A DNA stretch of 47,538 bases from the IMG/VR virus record IMGVR_UViG_3300012156_000175. One strand, 5' to 3'. This document shows positions 19,911-29,255 of this stretch, one piece after another (positions within the stretch are counted from its first letter, which is position 1; every line of letters starts with the position of its first letter). The notes beneath the pieces were generated by a model. The model searched no databases and was not told where the DNA came from. It saw nothing but the letters and a program-made list of their open reading frames with translations. A program made the position numbers and the translations under genes. This DNA is from a virus. Lineage: Duplodnaviria; Heunggongvirae; Uroviricota; Caudoviricetes.

Positions 19911-20432
19911 ATGAAAATAGATAAGTTGATTTACATTGAATATTATTTTAAAATTAGCGGAGAATCATATGGTACTTTAAAAACCAGTTATGTGCATTTT
20001 GAAGGTTCATCAACACTTGGTGTAAATCCAGAAGATTTTGAATACACAAAGTTAAAGGTAGTGGAACATGTTAAAGCCAGTTTATCCCATTTTGAAGGAG
20101 ATATTTCGATAGAAAGCTGCACCAAGGAAGAATATCAGTCGCAGAAGAGTTTGGATGTCAAGGCTCCAATTGGTTATCTTAAACTATTCCAGAAAATCGA
20201 TATGAAAAAAGATGAAAATCACTATTTTGCAATTAGTTCTTTGGATTGCGATTTCAACAACTTCTTTAGTGAAGAAATATGGGATATCCTTGCAGGAGGA
20301 GCAAAAAATATCTATGAGAAAGCGGGCTATACAGAAGTAAGTATATCTCCAGCTACAGAAAAGCAGTACCAGGCGTATATGGAATCAAACTCTGAAATTT
20401 TAGTAGAGAAGAGGTGGAATGAAAGTGAATAA
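19911..20432 (+). CDS. Hypothetical protein, possible internal duplication
   Basis: AAGGAG RBS; ISIESCTKEEYQ versus VSISPATEKQYQ. Confidence 0.75.
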   Translation: MKIDKLIYIEYYFKISGESYGTLKTSYVHFEGSSTLGVNPEDFEYTKLKVVEHVKASLSHFEGDISIESCTKEEYQSQKSLDVKAPIGYLKLFQKIDMKKDENHYFAISSLDCDFNNFFSEEIWDILAGGAKNIYEKAGYTEVSISPATEKQYQAYMESNSEILVEKRWNESE

Positions 20433-21459
20433 AGGAAAGTTAGAAGAAGTCAGAGTGCTAATTAAGACTGATGCTGCTTATTCTGAGTTTAGAGATAACG
20501 AAAAAGTCAAGGACAGAGTACATCTATTAACATTAAGTGGCTCTCATGCATATGGGACTGCCCGGCCGGAATCTGACATTGATATCAGAGGTGTTGTTGG
20601 TCTAGAAAAAAAATATGCTACGGGAGCAGTGGAAGATTGGCAGACAAAAGTATTTTCAGAAACGGATACTGTAATTCATTCATACAAAAAAATGATGAGT
20701 TTATTGGCTAAAGGTAATCCCGATACCGTAGTATTGGTTGGCATTGACCCTGATATGTATTTGTATCTATCTGATCCAGGCAGAGAACTAGTTGAAAAGC
20801 ATTCTGATTTTCTAGGAGCCACGGGATTATACAATAGTTTTATTGGTTATGCAAATGCTCAGTTAAGAAGACTTGAACTAGCTGAAATGGGAAGGCTTGA
20901 AGGTAACAACAAATTAGTGAAAGAAAAGAAAGAACGTATTTTAAGTGATGCTACTTTTAATTTTCATACTAAATATACAACCATTACCAATGATAACTTA
21001 AATGTTTCATTTGTTGTTCCAGAGGATATTAATGAAAAAGTTATCATTAACTCAATGACCTGTAGTAACATCAATATTGATGATTACTTTGATGTTGCAC
21101 GAGATTTAAAAAACATTGTAAGCAGTTTTGGTACCAGAGGAAAGAGAGAAAAGAAAACGGATCTTAAATTGAATAAGCATTGTATGCATACAGTTAGAGG
21201 AATGCTTATGGGAATTGAAACTTTAGAAACCGGGAAAGTGATTACCTGTCGAGAAAAGGATTTACCATTACTAAAAAGTGTCTTAGCTGGTGATTATATG
21301 GATAAAGAGGGAAGAATGAGACCAGAATTTTATGAGTTAATTGAAAAACTAAGAAAAAAGGCAGATTACGCTTATAAAAACACTGTATTGCCTCTGACTC
21401 CGGATATGAACAAAGTATCGGATATGTTAGTTGAATTCATTAAAGCAGATTTAAACTAA
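20419..21459 (+). CDS. DNA polymerase beta-superfamily nucleotidyltransferase (RlaP/PF10127-like)
   Basis: LSGSHAYGTARPESDIDIRG motif, KGNP, KHCMH.VR.L.MG.E.LE.G, YA...T.LP..PD. Confidence 0.85.
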   Translation: MKVNKGKLEEVRVLIKTDAAYSEFRDNEKVKDRVHLLTLSGSHAYGTARPESDIDIRGVVGLEKKYATGAVEDWQTKVFSETDTVIHSYKKMMSLLAKGNPDTVVLVGIDPDMYLYLSDPGRELVEKHSDFLGATGLYNSFIGYANAQLRRLELAEMGRLEGNNKLVKEKKERILSDATFNFHTKYTTITNDNLNVSFVVPEDINEKVIINSMTCSNINIDDYFDVARDLKNIVSSFGTRGKREKKTDLKLNKHCMHTVRGMLMGIETLETGKVITCREKDLPLLKSVLAGDYMDKEGRMRPEFYELIEKLRKKADYAYKNTVLPLTPDMNKVSDMLVEFIKADLN

Positions 21460-21533
21460 AGTATAAGCGAGTGGTGTTGGTTAATTTCTAAAAAGCGAAT
21501 TGATTTTGAATAAAGTGAAGGAGAAAAAGAAAA

Positions 21534-21761
21534 ATGAAGAAGATCAAACTATTCCCGGCGCCTCACCTGGAATTGAAAATTTTTGTGTCAAGGCAGATGG
21601 AAGATGATTTGAAACATTGTAAAAAATTAGCAGCACTTCCAGGCAGCGGGCCAGATTGTGAACAGTGTAGTTGGCAAGATGTTAAATTGAATCATATTGG
21701 AATGTGCGTATTGCCAGAAGTACATAAATGGTTGCTAAATGATGAACAGAATGAAAAATAA
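21534..21761 (+). CDS. Small Cys-containing phage protein
   Basis: AAGGAG RBS; C...CEQC...C. Confidence 0.7.
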   Translation: MKKIKLFPAPHLELKIFVSRQMEDDLKHCKKLAALPGSGPDCEQCSWQDVKLNHIGMCVLPEVHKWLLNDEQNEK

Positions 21762-21800
21762 TGGAAAAATGAAATTTACCCAGTAAAAGGAGGTGTTGGA

Positions 21801-22145
21801 GTGGAACTTGTGCTATTAGAGGATGGCAGCCTAGTAATTATTAGTGACGTCAAAGATATAGTTGACATCATTGATGAACGGATGGGATTGGAGTTTGCAA
21901 CTGTAGTATCAAAACTTATCACTCAGACAACGGCAGAGAATGATTCAAAGATAATGGCAAAAGCCAGAGCAAATACGGATGCAGAGGCGTATGAAGCGGA
22001 ATTGGACTCAGCAATGGATATCTTACGAGAAATAAAAGAAGAAGTTTATGCAGTCAAAGAATTGATTAGCCAAAAAAGGATAAATAAAGAAAAAGTATTG
22101 AATGGAATCGGTCGGATTATTAAGCAGGTCGGTTATTATGTGTAA
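21801..22145 (+). CDS. Helical hypothetical protein
   Basis: AGGAGG RBS, GTG start. Confidence 0.7.
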   Translation: MELVLLEDGSLVIISDVKDIVDIIDERMGLEFATVVSKLITQTTAENDSKIMAKARANTDAEAYEAELDSAMDILREIKEEVYAVKELISQKRINKEKVLNGIGRIIKQVGYYV

Positions 22146-22496
22146 AATAAATATATGAGCGACATTTCACATGCCGTTCACTGATGATAACGTTTATCAT
22201 ATGGATAGTGCACTCATTTCAAGTGTTGCTTTTGTGGGAATATTAAAGATACCACTACTGGAATTCACAAAGACAATGTTATTATAGGCTAAAAATATAC
22301 TAAGAGGCGGCACATCAGCAAAAGAATTACTGAGCCTGCTGCCGGAAGCAGAGCCATATTTAAAAGAAAGTAAGGATTGTTGAAATTTATGATATAGACA
22401 ATAAAAGTCTAAAACTCATAATATAGCCAGTTTCATATTGGATGAAATAAAAGAGAACAGTAAAATGAAAATAAAATCAGGAGAAATAAAAATACA

Positions 22497-23444
22497 ATGG
22501 AATATGAAACATTTAAAGAGATTGTTGAATCAACTTTTGTGGAATATCTTCCAGAAAAGCATCAGGCGATGGAAATTAAAATCATCCCTGTAACCAAGGT
22601 AAATATTACAGCAGATGGACTTACGCTGGATAATGGAACGAATATTATTTTTCCAACAATATATATTAATGATATGTATAACGAATACAAGGAAATAAAT
22701 GATATCAAGGAAGTAATACAATCATCTGTAGATAGAATGGTAAAATTCATGGAAAATATCCCATATGTTGGTGCTTTGCTTAACATAGATCATGTAAAGG
22801 AAAATATTACTTTTCAACTTATAAATACAGAACATAATAAAAAGTTGTTAAACGAATCTCCAAATAGGAAATTCCATGATTTGTCTGTTATTTACCGTTG
22901 GGTAGTTGGTGAATGTGAAGATGGTGTGCAAAGTACAATTATCAATAACTCAGTAGCAGGATGTTTAGGCTTGTTAGAAGACCAACTGTTTGTACTTGCA
23001 ATGGAAAATACCAGAAGGCTATTTCCAACAGTTGTTCTAAATATAAATGATATTATGAGAGACATCTACATAAGAAATGGAATGTCAGAGAAACTGATAG
23101 ATGTATTGCTTGAAGATGTCTTGGGAAATTTCATGTGGGCATTCACAAACAGTGCAAAAATAAACGGAGCTACTGTCATGCTGTATGAAGATGAACTCTA
23201 TCAATTGGCTGAAAATCTTAAAGCAGACCTTTATATTATGCCTTCATCTGTGCATGAAGTTATAGTCGTTCCAACAAGCATAGGAGACCCAAATGATCTT
23301 GCAGAAATGGTGGCTCAAGTTAATATAGCCGAGGTTGAACTGAAAGACAGATTATCTAATCAAGTGTATCACTATGACAGAAATCTTCGAAAACTAAAAC
23401 TTGCAACAGACACATCAAATAAAAGATTGGATAATAAATATTAA
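22497..23444 (+). CDS. DUF5688 family protein
   Basis: MEYETFKE.V...GLT..PTIYIN...F.DLSVIYR...NGA..MLY...LA..L..DLYIMPSSVHEVI...V.QVN..EV...DRLSNQVYHYDR. Confidence 0.85.
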   Translation: MEYETFKEIVESTFVEYLPEKHQAMEIKIIPVTKVNITADGLTLDNGTNIIFPTIYINDMYNEYKEINDIKEVIQSSVDRMVKFMENIPYVGALLNIDHVKENITFQLINTEHNKKLLNESPNRKFHDLSVIYRWVVGECEDGVQSTIINNSVAGCLGLLEDQLFVLAMENTRRLFPTVVLNINDIMRDIYIRNGMSEKLIDVLLEDVLGNFMWAFTNSAKINGATVMLYEDELYQLAENLKADLYIMPSSVHEVIVVPTSIGDPNDLAEMVAQVNIAEVELKDRLSNQVYHYDRNLRKLKLATDTSNKRLDNKY

Positions 23445-23552
23445 ACAGAGTTTATCTCTGTTTTTTTCTTCTCCTAAAAAATCATTTTAAAGTATTTAAT
23501 ATTAAGAATAATCCCACATATTGATTATATCAAAACAAAAAAGGAGAAACAA

Positions 23553-24323
23553 ATGCAAGATTATATGAAAGATTTTGATGCGGTAAAAGTAAAGAATGAG
23601 TTGGTTGATTGGATTAGAAATTGGTTTGAAAAGAATGGTAAAAATTGTAATGCAATTATTGGTATCAGTGGAGGCAAAGACAGCACCATTGCTGCTGCAC
23701 TATGTGTAGAAGCTTTAGGCAGAGACAGAGTGCTGGGAGTGTTGTTGCCAAACGGTGTCCAGGAAGATATTCAGGATAGTTATGATGTTTGTAATTTTTT
23801 GGGAATTAGATATGTCGAAATGAACATTGAAAACATGTTTAATGAAATGATTGTACAGCTTAGTACAAATAAATTCGACATTACGGATCAGGCAATTATT
23901 AATGCTCCAGCAAGACTACGAATGGTAATGATTAGAGGTGCTGCTCAATGTAATAATGGAAGAACTATTAATACATGTAACTTAAGTGAAAATTGGGTTG
24001 GCTATTTCACTGTTGATGGTGATGGTAGTGGCGATTGTAGCCCTCTTGAAATGCTTACTGTACAGGAAGTAATTGAAGTTGGAAGAGTGCTGGGTCTAGC
24101 AGATAGACTAGTGGAGAAAGTTCCGATTGATGGGTTGTGTAAGATGACAGATGAGGAAAATCTTGGATTTAGCTATGCCGCATTGGATAAATATTTAAGA
24201 ACTGGCAAGTGCAAAGACAAGACCATTAAAGAGCTAATTGACAAGAAACACAAAGCAAATAAGTTTAAACTGAAAACTTCAGATCATTATGGTTATCCAG
24301 GAAAGATTTTAGCCGAAGACTGA
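23553..24323 (+). CDS. nadE: NH3-dependent NAD(+) synthetase
   Basis: IGISGGKDS PP-loop, NAPARLRM, NTCNLSENWVGYFT..GD, TDEENLGFSY..LD.YL. Confidence 0.9.
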   Translation: MQDYMKDFDAVKVKNELVDWIRNWFEKNGKNCNAIIGISGGKDSTIAAALCVEALGRDRVLGVLLPNGVQEDIQDSYDVCNFLGIRYVEMNIENMFNEMIVQLSTNKFDITDQAIINAPARLRMVMIRGAAQCNNGRTINTCNLSENWVGYFTVDGDGSGDCSPLEMLTVQEVIEVGRVLGLADRLVEKVPIDGLCKMTDEENLGFSYAALDKYLRTGKCKDKTIKELIDKKHKANKFKLKTSDHYGYPGKILAED

Positions 24324-24377
24324 TATTCCTTCTTTTATTAAGTAGGAGAAGCTTAAGCTGAAAAAGGAGAAAATAAA

Positions 24378-24434
24378 TGTGAACTTCCAGCATTTTTTCC
24401 AATATTTGAGTGGTAAAATATCTGGAAGTTCACA
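24378..24434. repeat. 57-bp element with perfect 13-bp terminal inverted repeats, flanked by ATAAA direct repeats
   Basis: TGTGAACTTCCAG (24378-24390) / CTGGAAGTTCACA (24422-24434); ATAAA at 24373-24377 and 24435-24439. Confidence 0.6.
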
Positions 24435-24446
24435 ATAAATGGAGGG

Positions 24447-24728
24447 ATGATTGAGTTGCTCTTATATCATGGAACCGATTATAATAGTGCAATTAAAATA
24501 TGCAATGAAAAGAAAACATCTCATGATGGACTTTGGTGTGCCAATGATGCAAGCCTAGCTGCTTCATATGGAAACGTTCTTGTATGTATATGGATTCCAG
24601 AAGGAAGTTATGAGGTAGAAGCGTATCCTCTGTCTACAGGGAAAATAACAGATACCTTAGACTGGCAAAGTGAGCCAATGGAGTTTCGCATTGAAGAGAG
24701 TTCATGCATAGTGTGTGATTTAGTTTAA
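24447..24728 (+). CDS. Small putative ADP-ribosyltransferase-fold protein
   Basis: LYHGT strand, GLWCA, A.SYG and a late E (MEFRI) match the H-Y-E ART layout; GGAGG RBS. Confidence 0.5.
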   Translation: MIELLLYHGTDYNSAIKICNEKKTSHDGLWCANDASLAASYGNVLVCIWIPEGSYEVEAYPLSTGKITDTLDWQSEPMEFRIEESSCIVCDLV

Positions 24729-24814
24729 TAGCCATATTTGCTGTTGAAAATAAGAAATATAGTAGTGCAGCAATTGACAAAAGAGACCATACAGTCTCTT
24801 TTTTGTTTGCAAAA

Positions 24815-25075
24815 TCAATCGATATTTTGATTAAATTCAAATATAAACTGTACCGGAATATTTAAAGCATTAGCAAGTCTTATTATAACTAAAATTGATG
24901 GATTGGGAAATCTTGTTGATGATTCAATACTGCTAAGGGTAGCCTTGGCGATATCCGCCTTTTCCGCCAATTCATCTTGAGTCATGTTACGGAGTTTCCT
25001 ATAATGAGCAATATTATATCCAATTTTGGCGAGTTGTTTACTTTCTTCAAGCGACATCGGCTTTGATAGGGCCAT
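24815..25075 (-). CDS. XRE/Cro-CI helix-turn-helix regulator
   Basis: IG.NI..YRK...MTQDELAEKADI....LS.IE....NPS...IIRLA.AL.IP...IF; AAGGAG RBS. Confidence 0.92.
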   Translation of the reverse strand: MALSKPMSLEESKQLAKIGYNIAHYRKLRNMTQDELAEKADIAKATLSSIESSTRFPNPSILVIIRLANALNIPVQFIFEFNQNID

Positions 25076-25153
25076 ATTTACACTCCTTTATTTTGAGGAA
25101 CTAACTATAATTATAATTGAGTTGGAATATGGTACAAAGGCATTGTAATAATT

Positions 25154-25177
25154 AAAATGTTACTGGAATAACATTTT
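25154..25177. promoter_or_regulatory. Palindromic operator candidate
   Basis: AAAATGTTA-N6-TAACATTTT perfect 9-bp inverted repeat between the divergent promoters. Confidence 0.6.
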
Positions 25178-25181
25178 AGCA

Positions 25182-25210
25182 TTGACACAAGTAGAGGTAA
25201 CCTATATACT
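25182..25210 (+). promoter_or_regulatory. Sigma-A promoter of the agr operon
   Basis: TTGACA-N17-TATACT. Confidence 0.8.
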
Positions 25211-25269
25211 GATTGTATCTCATTGAATTTAAAAAAGAGAAAATACCAATGAAAAGCAGCTTAAAATAA

Positions 25270-25944
25270 ATGAATATTATAATTTTTGAAGACGATAAAG
25301 AATTCGCTGAGGATTTAAAATCACATATTACTCAATTAGGGCATAGCATAGTGCTTATTACTGACAGTATCCTTGAACTTAGAAACCATTTACTTGATAG
25401 TACTTTCAGTGAGGTCTATCTATTAGATATCCTAATAGAAAATACAACAACAGGAATAGAGGCTTTTAATTTAATCAGAGAGTTTTCAAAAAATAGCTTG
25501 TGCATATTTATTACAAATCACCTGGACTTAGTAACCTTTAATCCGGAATTGAAAATTAACTCATTTAGTCATATATCAAAACAAAAGCTTAATGAATTAC
25601 CCATAACATTGCAGCTGGCTGCTGAGGAGTTAAGTGACAAAAATTTTTTTAGATATAATAGCAAATATCAAAAGATATCAATATCTTTAAATGGAATATT
25701 CTACATAGAAAGCAATAATGGAGGCATTATTTATATATATCATGAGGCGGGAATTTTTTCATTAAGAGCTTCACTTCATTTTATAATGAAACAGCTCAAT
25801 AGCGATTTTATATTATGCCATAGATCTTATATAGTGAATAAATGTCAATTTCAAAAAATAGATTTTGAGAATAGACAACTAATTTTAAAAAATGGGCTTA
25901 AATGTCCATTTACAAGAAGTAGGATAAACACATGGTTACCTTAA
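25270..25944 (+). CDS. agrA: AgrA-like LytTR response regulator
   Basis: Receiver domain (EDD, LLDI phospho-Asp, FIT, ISK) plus LytTR (FILCHRSYIVN). Confidence 0.88.
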   Translation: MNIIIFEDDKEFAEDLKSHITQLGHSIVLITDSILELRNHLLDSTFSEVYLLDILIENTTTGIEAFNLIREFSKNSLCIFITNHLDLVTFNPELKINSFSHISKQKLNELPITLQLAAEELSDKNFFRYNSKYQKISISLNGIFYIESNNGGIIYIYHEAGIFSLRASLHFIMKQLNSDFILCHRSYIVNKCQFQKIDFENRQLILKNGLKCPFTRSRINTWLP

Positions 25945-27137
25945 TTAATACAATTTCAAGTACTATAGCTGTTTTACTAATCATATCAGGGATTAAGAAG
26001 CTTCCAGGAGCCTTTTATATATCCTTTTTTATTGTTGTTGGAACTATTGACTGGTTGAGTTTAGGGAGTGTATACACATTACCGTTACGAATTATAGGTG
26101 GAATGGCTGTTTTGATATTTTATATTAAAGATATGGTTTATTCATTATTTTTAGTATTAACCGCAGAAAGCCTAATATCATGTTTTGTTTTTCTTCTTGC
26201 GCCATTATTATCCATCATTTCTATTACTAATAATTCCATTATATTTAATATGGGAATGTCAATACTTGTTATTTTAGTTAGTGGTTATTTTAAAATACTA
26301 TTTGAAGAATTTAAAAAACACATAAAACTATTGCCCAAAAGAGCAATTCTATTCTTTATATTTTGTGAAGCAATATCAATTATTCCAATCAGTATCTTTT
26401 CAAATAGAATATCCCAAAACTATTTATTTTTATTCACATCCTTTCTTTTACTGTATTCAGTAATTGTACTTAGTTTGATATGCTGGATATTAAGATTGTT
26501 ATTAAAAGAAAAGACCCAAGATTTTGAAAAGAGTATTGAATTACAAAAGAAGTTGATTACATGGAATATAGGGAAAAATTCCCATTTTACAATACCAGCT
26601 ATCTCGTTAATGAGAAAATATATAGATAATAATGATATAAACGGGATCCGAAGTCTATATGAGAAATACATAGGCCCAACACATCGAAATAACCATATTG
26701 AAGGTGAAATTGATAAACTAAAACAGATTAAGATGCCATTGATATATGATTATTTATATGATTTAATCATTAGAAAAGACAACATAAATCTAATCATTAA
26801 TGGGCCGATTGAGATAATTACTGTCCCAGAAGTTGATCTTTTTATCATTCTGGCGCAGTACATACAAAATGCAATTGAACATCTAGGTACTCATAAAGAA
26901 GGTGAGATAACTATATACTTAAGCCAGAGTTCTGAAGGTGATGCTTATATCGAAATTACAAACACCTACTATGGAGACAAGTTTGAAATAGTCCATATCC
27001 TTAATTCGCCAAGTAATGAAGACCATATGGGCTTTGGATTGAAATATATAAAAGAAATCATTGATAAGAATAATCTCATTAATAATACCTATATAAAAGG
27101 TAATAGATTTATTCAATCAATAGAAATAGAGGTTTGA
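25932..27137 (+). CDS. agrC: AgrC-like membrane sensor histidine kinase (GHKL)
   Basis: About six hydrophobic segments, then YIDNNDINGI helix, QNAIE N-box, EITNT, GFGL G-box; H-box atypical. Confidence 0.82.
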   Translation: MVTLINTISSTIAVLLIISGIKKLPGAFYISFFIVVGTIDWLSLGSVYTLPLRIIGGMAVLIFYIKDMVYSLFLVLTAESLISCFVFLLAPLLSIISITNNSIIFNMGMSILVILVSGYFKILFEEFKKHIKLLPKRAILFFIFCEAISIIPISIFSNRISQNYLFLFTSFLLLYSVIVLSLICWILRLLLKEKTQDFEKSIELQKKLITWNIGKNSHFTIPAISLMRKYIDNNDINGIRSLYEKYIGPTHRNNHIEGEIDKLKQIKMPLIYDYLYDLIIRKDNINLIINGPIEIITVPEVDLFIILAQYIQNAIEHLGTHKEGEITIYLSQSSEGDAYIEITNTYYGDKFEIVHILNSPSNEDHMGFGLKYIKEIIDKNNLINNTYIKGNRFIQSIEIEV

Positions 27138-27138
27138 T

Positions 27139-27753
27139 ATGCTAAAAAAATGGGAAAACTGGATAGATTTAAAACAGATAAAGTTATTAGACTGGATTAT
27201 ATCAGGTGCCGGCAAGGAAATAGATTCCTCAACACCTGAATATCAAAAAGCTAAATATATAATTGCAGTAATGTATGAAAACGTTTCGAAATTTATTGTA
27301 ACTGGGTTGATTGCCATCTTATTAGGCGTTGGCCAATACTTTATATTTTTTACTATTGTCTATGGAAGCTTAAAGGTTTTAGCATATGGAGCTCATTTGC
27401 AAAATTCATTTACATGCCTAATTACTGGTACAATAATTTACTTTGGCAGTATTTATCTTTCCATCTTTATATCTAACTATGATATAGCAAAAAGCCCATA
27501 TCTCTATATAATTGTTTTTGCTATATGTTATTTCCTATTTATTTTGTATGCGCCGGCGGTCTCAAAGGAACAATATTTAAAACAAGAACGGAATAAAAAA
27601 TTAAAGAAAATTCTGATATGTTATTTACCTGTAATATATATATTAGCAGTTTTTTTATCACCAATTTATCGTTTATTGCTTACATTTTCAGTCATAGCAG
27701 AAACGATGAATATATTGCCACTTACTTTTTTGATTTTTGAAGGAAGGAGGTGA
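27139..27753 (+). CDS. agrB: AgrB peptide-processing cysteine protease
   Basis: YGSLKVLAYGAHLQNSFTC with catalytic His and Cys, LYAPA motif, multi-TM. Confidence 0.88.
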   Translation: MLKKWENWIDLKQIKLLDWIISGAGKEIDSSTPEYQKAKYIIAVMYENVSKFIVTGLIAILLGVGQYFIFFTIVYGSLKVLAYGAHLQNSFTCLITGTIIYFGSIYLSIFISNYDIAKSPYLYIIVFAICYFLFILYAPAVSKEQYLKQERNKKLKKILICYLPVIYILAVFLSPIYRLLLTFSVIAETMNILPLTFLIFEGRR

Positions 27754-27757
27754 AACC

Positions 27758-27907
27758 ATGAAATCAACCAAAATTAAAGCTTCTAAATTGAAAATCTGCA
27801 GCAGTATTTTAGCCTTAATTGTAGTCTTACAACCCATTTTTTCTAATTACTGTTATGTCTACTGGCATCATGCACCAAAATTACCAGACTGTATGACAGA
27901 GGAATAA
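27758..27907 (+). CDS. agrD: AgrD autoinducing peptide precursor (49 aa, not in the ORF track)
   Basis: GGAGG RBS; MKSTKIKASKLKICSSILALIVVLQPIFSNYCYVYWHHAPKLPDCMTEE: basic/hydrophobic leader, Cys core, PxxP acidic tail. Confidence 0.85.
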   Translation: MKSTKIKASKLKICSSILALIVVLQPIFSNYCYVYWHHAPKLPDCMTEE

Positions 27908-27916
27908 AAGTATAGC

Positions 27917-27949
27917 AAAATTGACAGGAACTCAATCCTGTCAGCTTTT
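27917..27949 (+). terminator. Hairpin after agrD (terminator or attenuator)
   Basis: TGACAGGA-N6-TCCTGTCA followed by GCTTTT. Confidence 0.65.
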
Positions 27950-27966
27950 GTTATAAGAAAGGAGGT

Positions 27967-28323
27967 GTGCCTATTTACAAATTACAATTAGGTTATTTTT
28001 CTCTATTTATCTCTATGTCATATATGACTTTTTGGTATGAATCTTATGCAGAATGGCTATACGGTGATATTAAATCAAGAACATATATAATCAGTATTTT
28101 TAGCGGATTACCCTTGTTTTTGTTTTTAAATTACAAATTTTATGTTTATCCAATTAACATGTTGTTTTATGGTCTAATTATGATAAGATTCATAATACCC
28201 ATATTTGATGAACTAAAATTAAATAAATATAATAATAAAATTCACTTAACATTAGGACTCATTACATTAATAGGAGCAATACTAATTACAATGTATTCTT
28301 TCTATATTTATTTCATTGCTTGA
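27967..28323 (+). CDS. Small multi-pass membrane protein directly downstream of agrD
   Basis: AGGAGG RBS, GTG start, about four hydrophobic segments; terminator at 28328-28359. Confidence 0.7.
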   Translation: MPIYKLQLGYFSLFISMSYMTFWYESYAEWLYGDIKSRTYIISIFSGLPLFLFLNYKFYVYPINMLFYGLIMIRFIIPIFDELKLNKYNNKIHLTLGLITLIGAILITMYSFYIYFIA

Positions 28324-28466
28324 AAATAAAAAAAGGCATGGTTAAACCATACCTTTTTTATTTTGGCACTCAGTTTAATTCTTCAAAGTAAGAATACCTT
28401 AGTCTCTGACTAAAATCTCACATAATAATTTCAAATAGAAAAATAGAGATAAATGGAGGAAATAAA

Positions 28467-28907
28467 ATGAGTGCAGACAACGGGATTTATATTTTAAAAA
28501 CAAAGGAACAATACAGAGTTGCCCATCTTCAAGGTGCAGACAACATAATATGGTCACATATAGATGGTGCCTGTGACAGACTCGTTCCAACAAGGGTAGT
28601 TGAAATGTTTGGTGACTGTAAACTCACAAGAAAACAAAAAATAGCTTTTAGTATTGCAGATAAGATGTTAAAAGAACAATTTTGCGAGTATGGCATTGTA
28701 CATTTGGAATATCCAGGGACATGGTCAGAGATCCTAAATAGTGCTAAGGAATATGCTCAAAAGGAGATTAATTATATCAAGGGATATGCTCCACAAAATT
28801 CTCATGCGCTAGAAAGACTCCAGAAAATTGTTATGATGGATTGTCCTAAAATAGAAAGTGAAAAAATCAGAATCAAAGATAAAAATGTGATACAAAAGAA
28901 ATACTGA
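28467..28907 (+). CDS. Phage-type hypothetical protein
   Basis: MSADNGIYIL...YRVAH..EYGI; GGAGG RBS. Confidence 0.75.
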   Translation: MSADNGIYILKTKEQYRVAHLQGADNIIWSHIDGACDRLVPTRVVEMFGDCKLTRKQKIAFSIADKMLKEQFCEYGIVHLEYPGTWSEILNSAKEYAQKEINYIKGYAPQNSHALERLQKIVMMDCPKIESEKIRIKDKNVIQKKY

Positions 28908-29255
28908 AGGATAAAGCAAATGAATTGTTAAAACAAAATTAAAAGAGGAGAACTCCTCTTTTTTATATCTACTTTTACGGGAAGAGTTGAAAGAAGTCAT
29001 AAAATATCATTTTCTAATGTTGTTTACGTCTTACTATGAAAGATTCATAGCGATTGATGAGTCAAAGGTCATTTTCGAAAAAGCAAAACAGGAAAGACCT
29101 TCTGGGTGAATGCATTCACGAAATTTAGAAGCAAGGGCAATGATAAAAGCAATGAATATAAAATTTAATTTCTTAAAAGAAGATGTTTTCTCTTTTTGTT
29201 TTTGCTGTAATAGCTGCATTATAAAATAAAATCAGAAAAAAGGAGAACATATAAA

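Noticed and set aside
22150-22385. Possible gene between 22145 and 22497 (GGTSAKELLSLLPEAEPYL)
   Set aside because: Only a short frame without a start; at most a remnant, too weak to annotate
25100-25270. LytTR direct-repeat binding site for AgrA
   Set aside because: No convincing pair of direct repeats with the usual spacing was found; only the palindrome is clear
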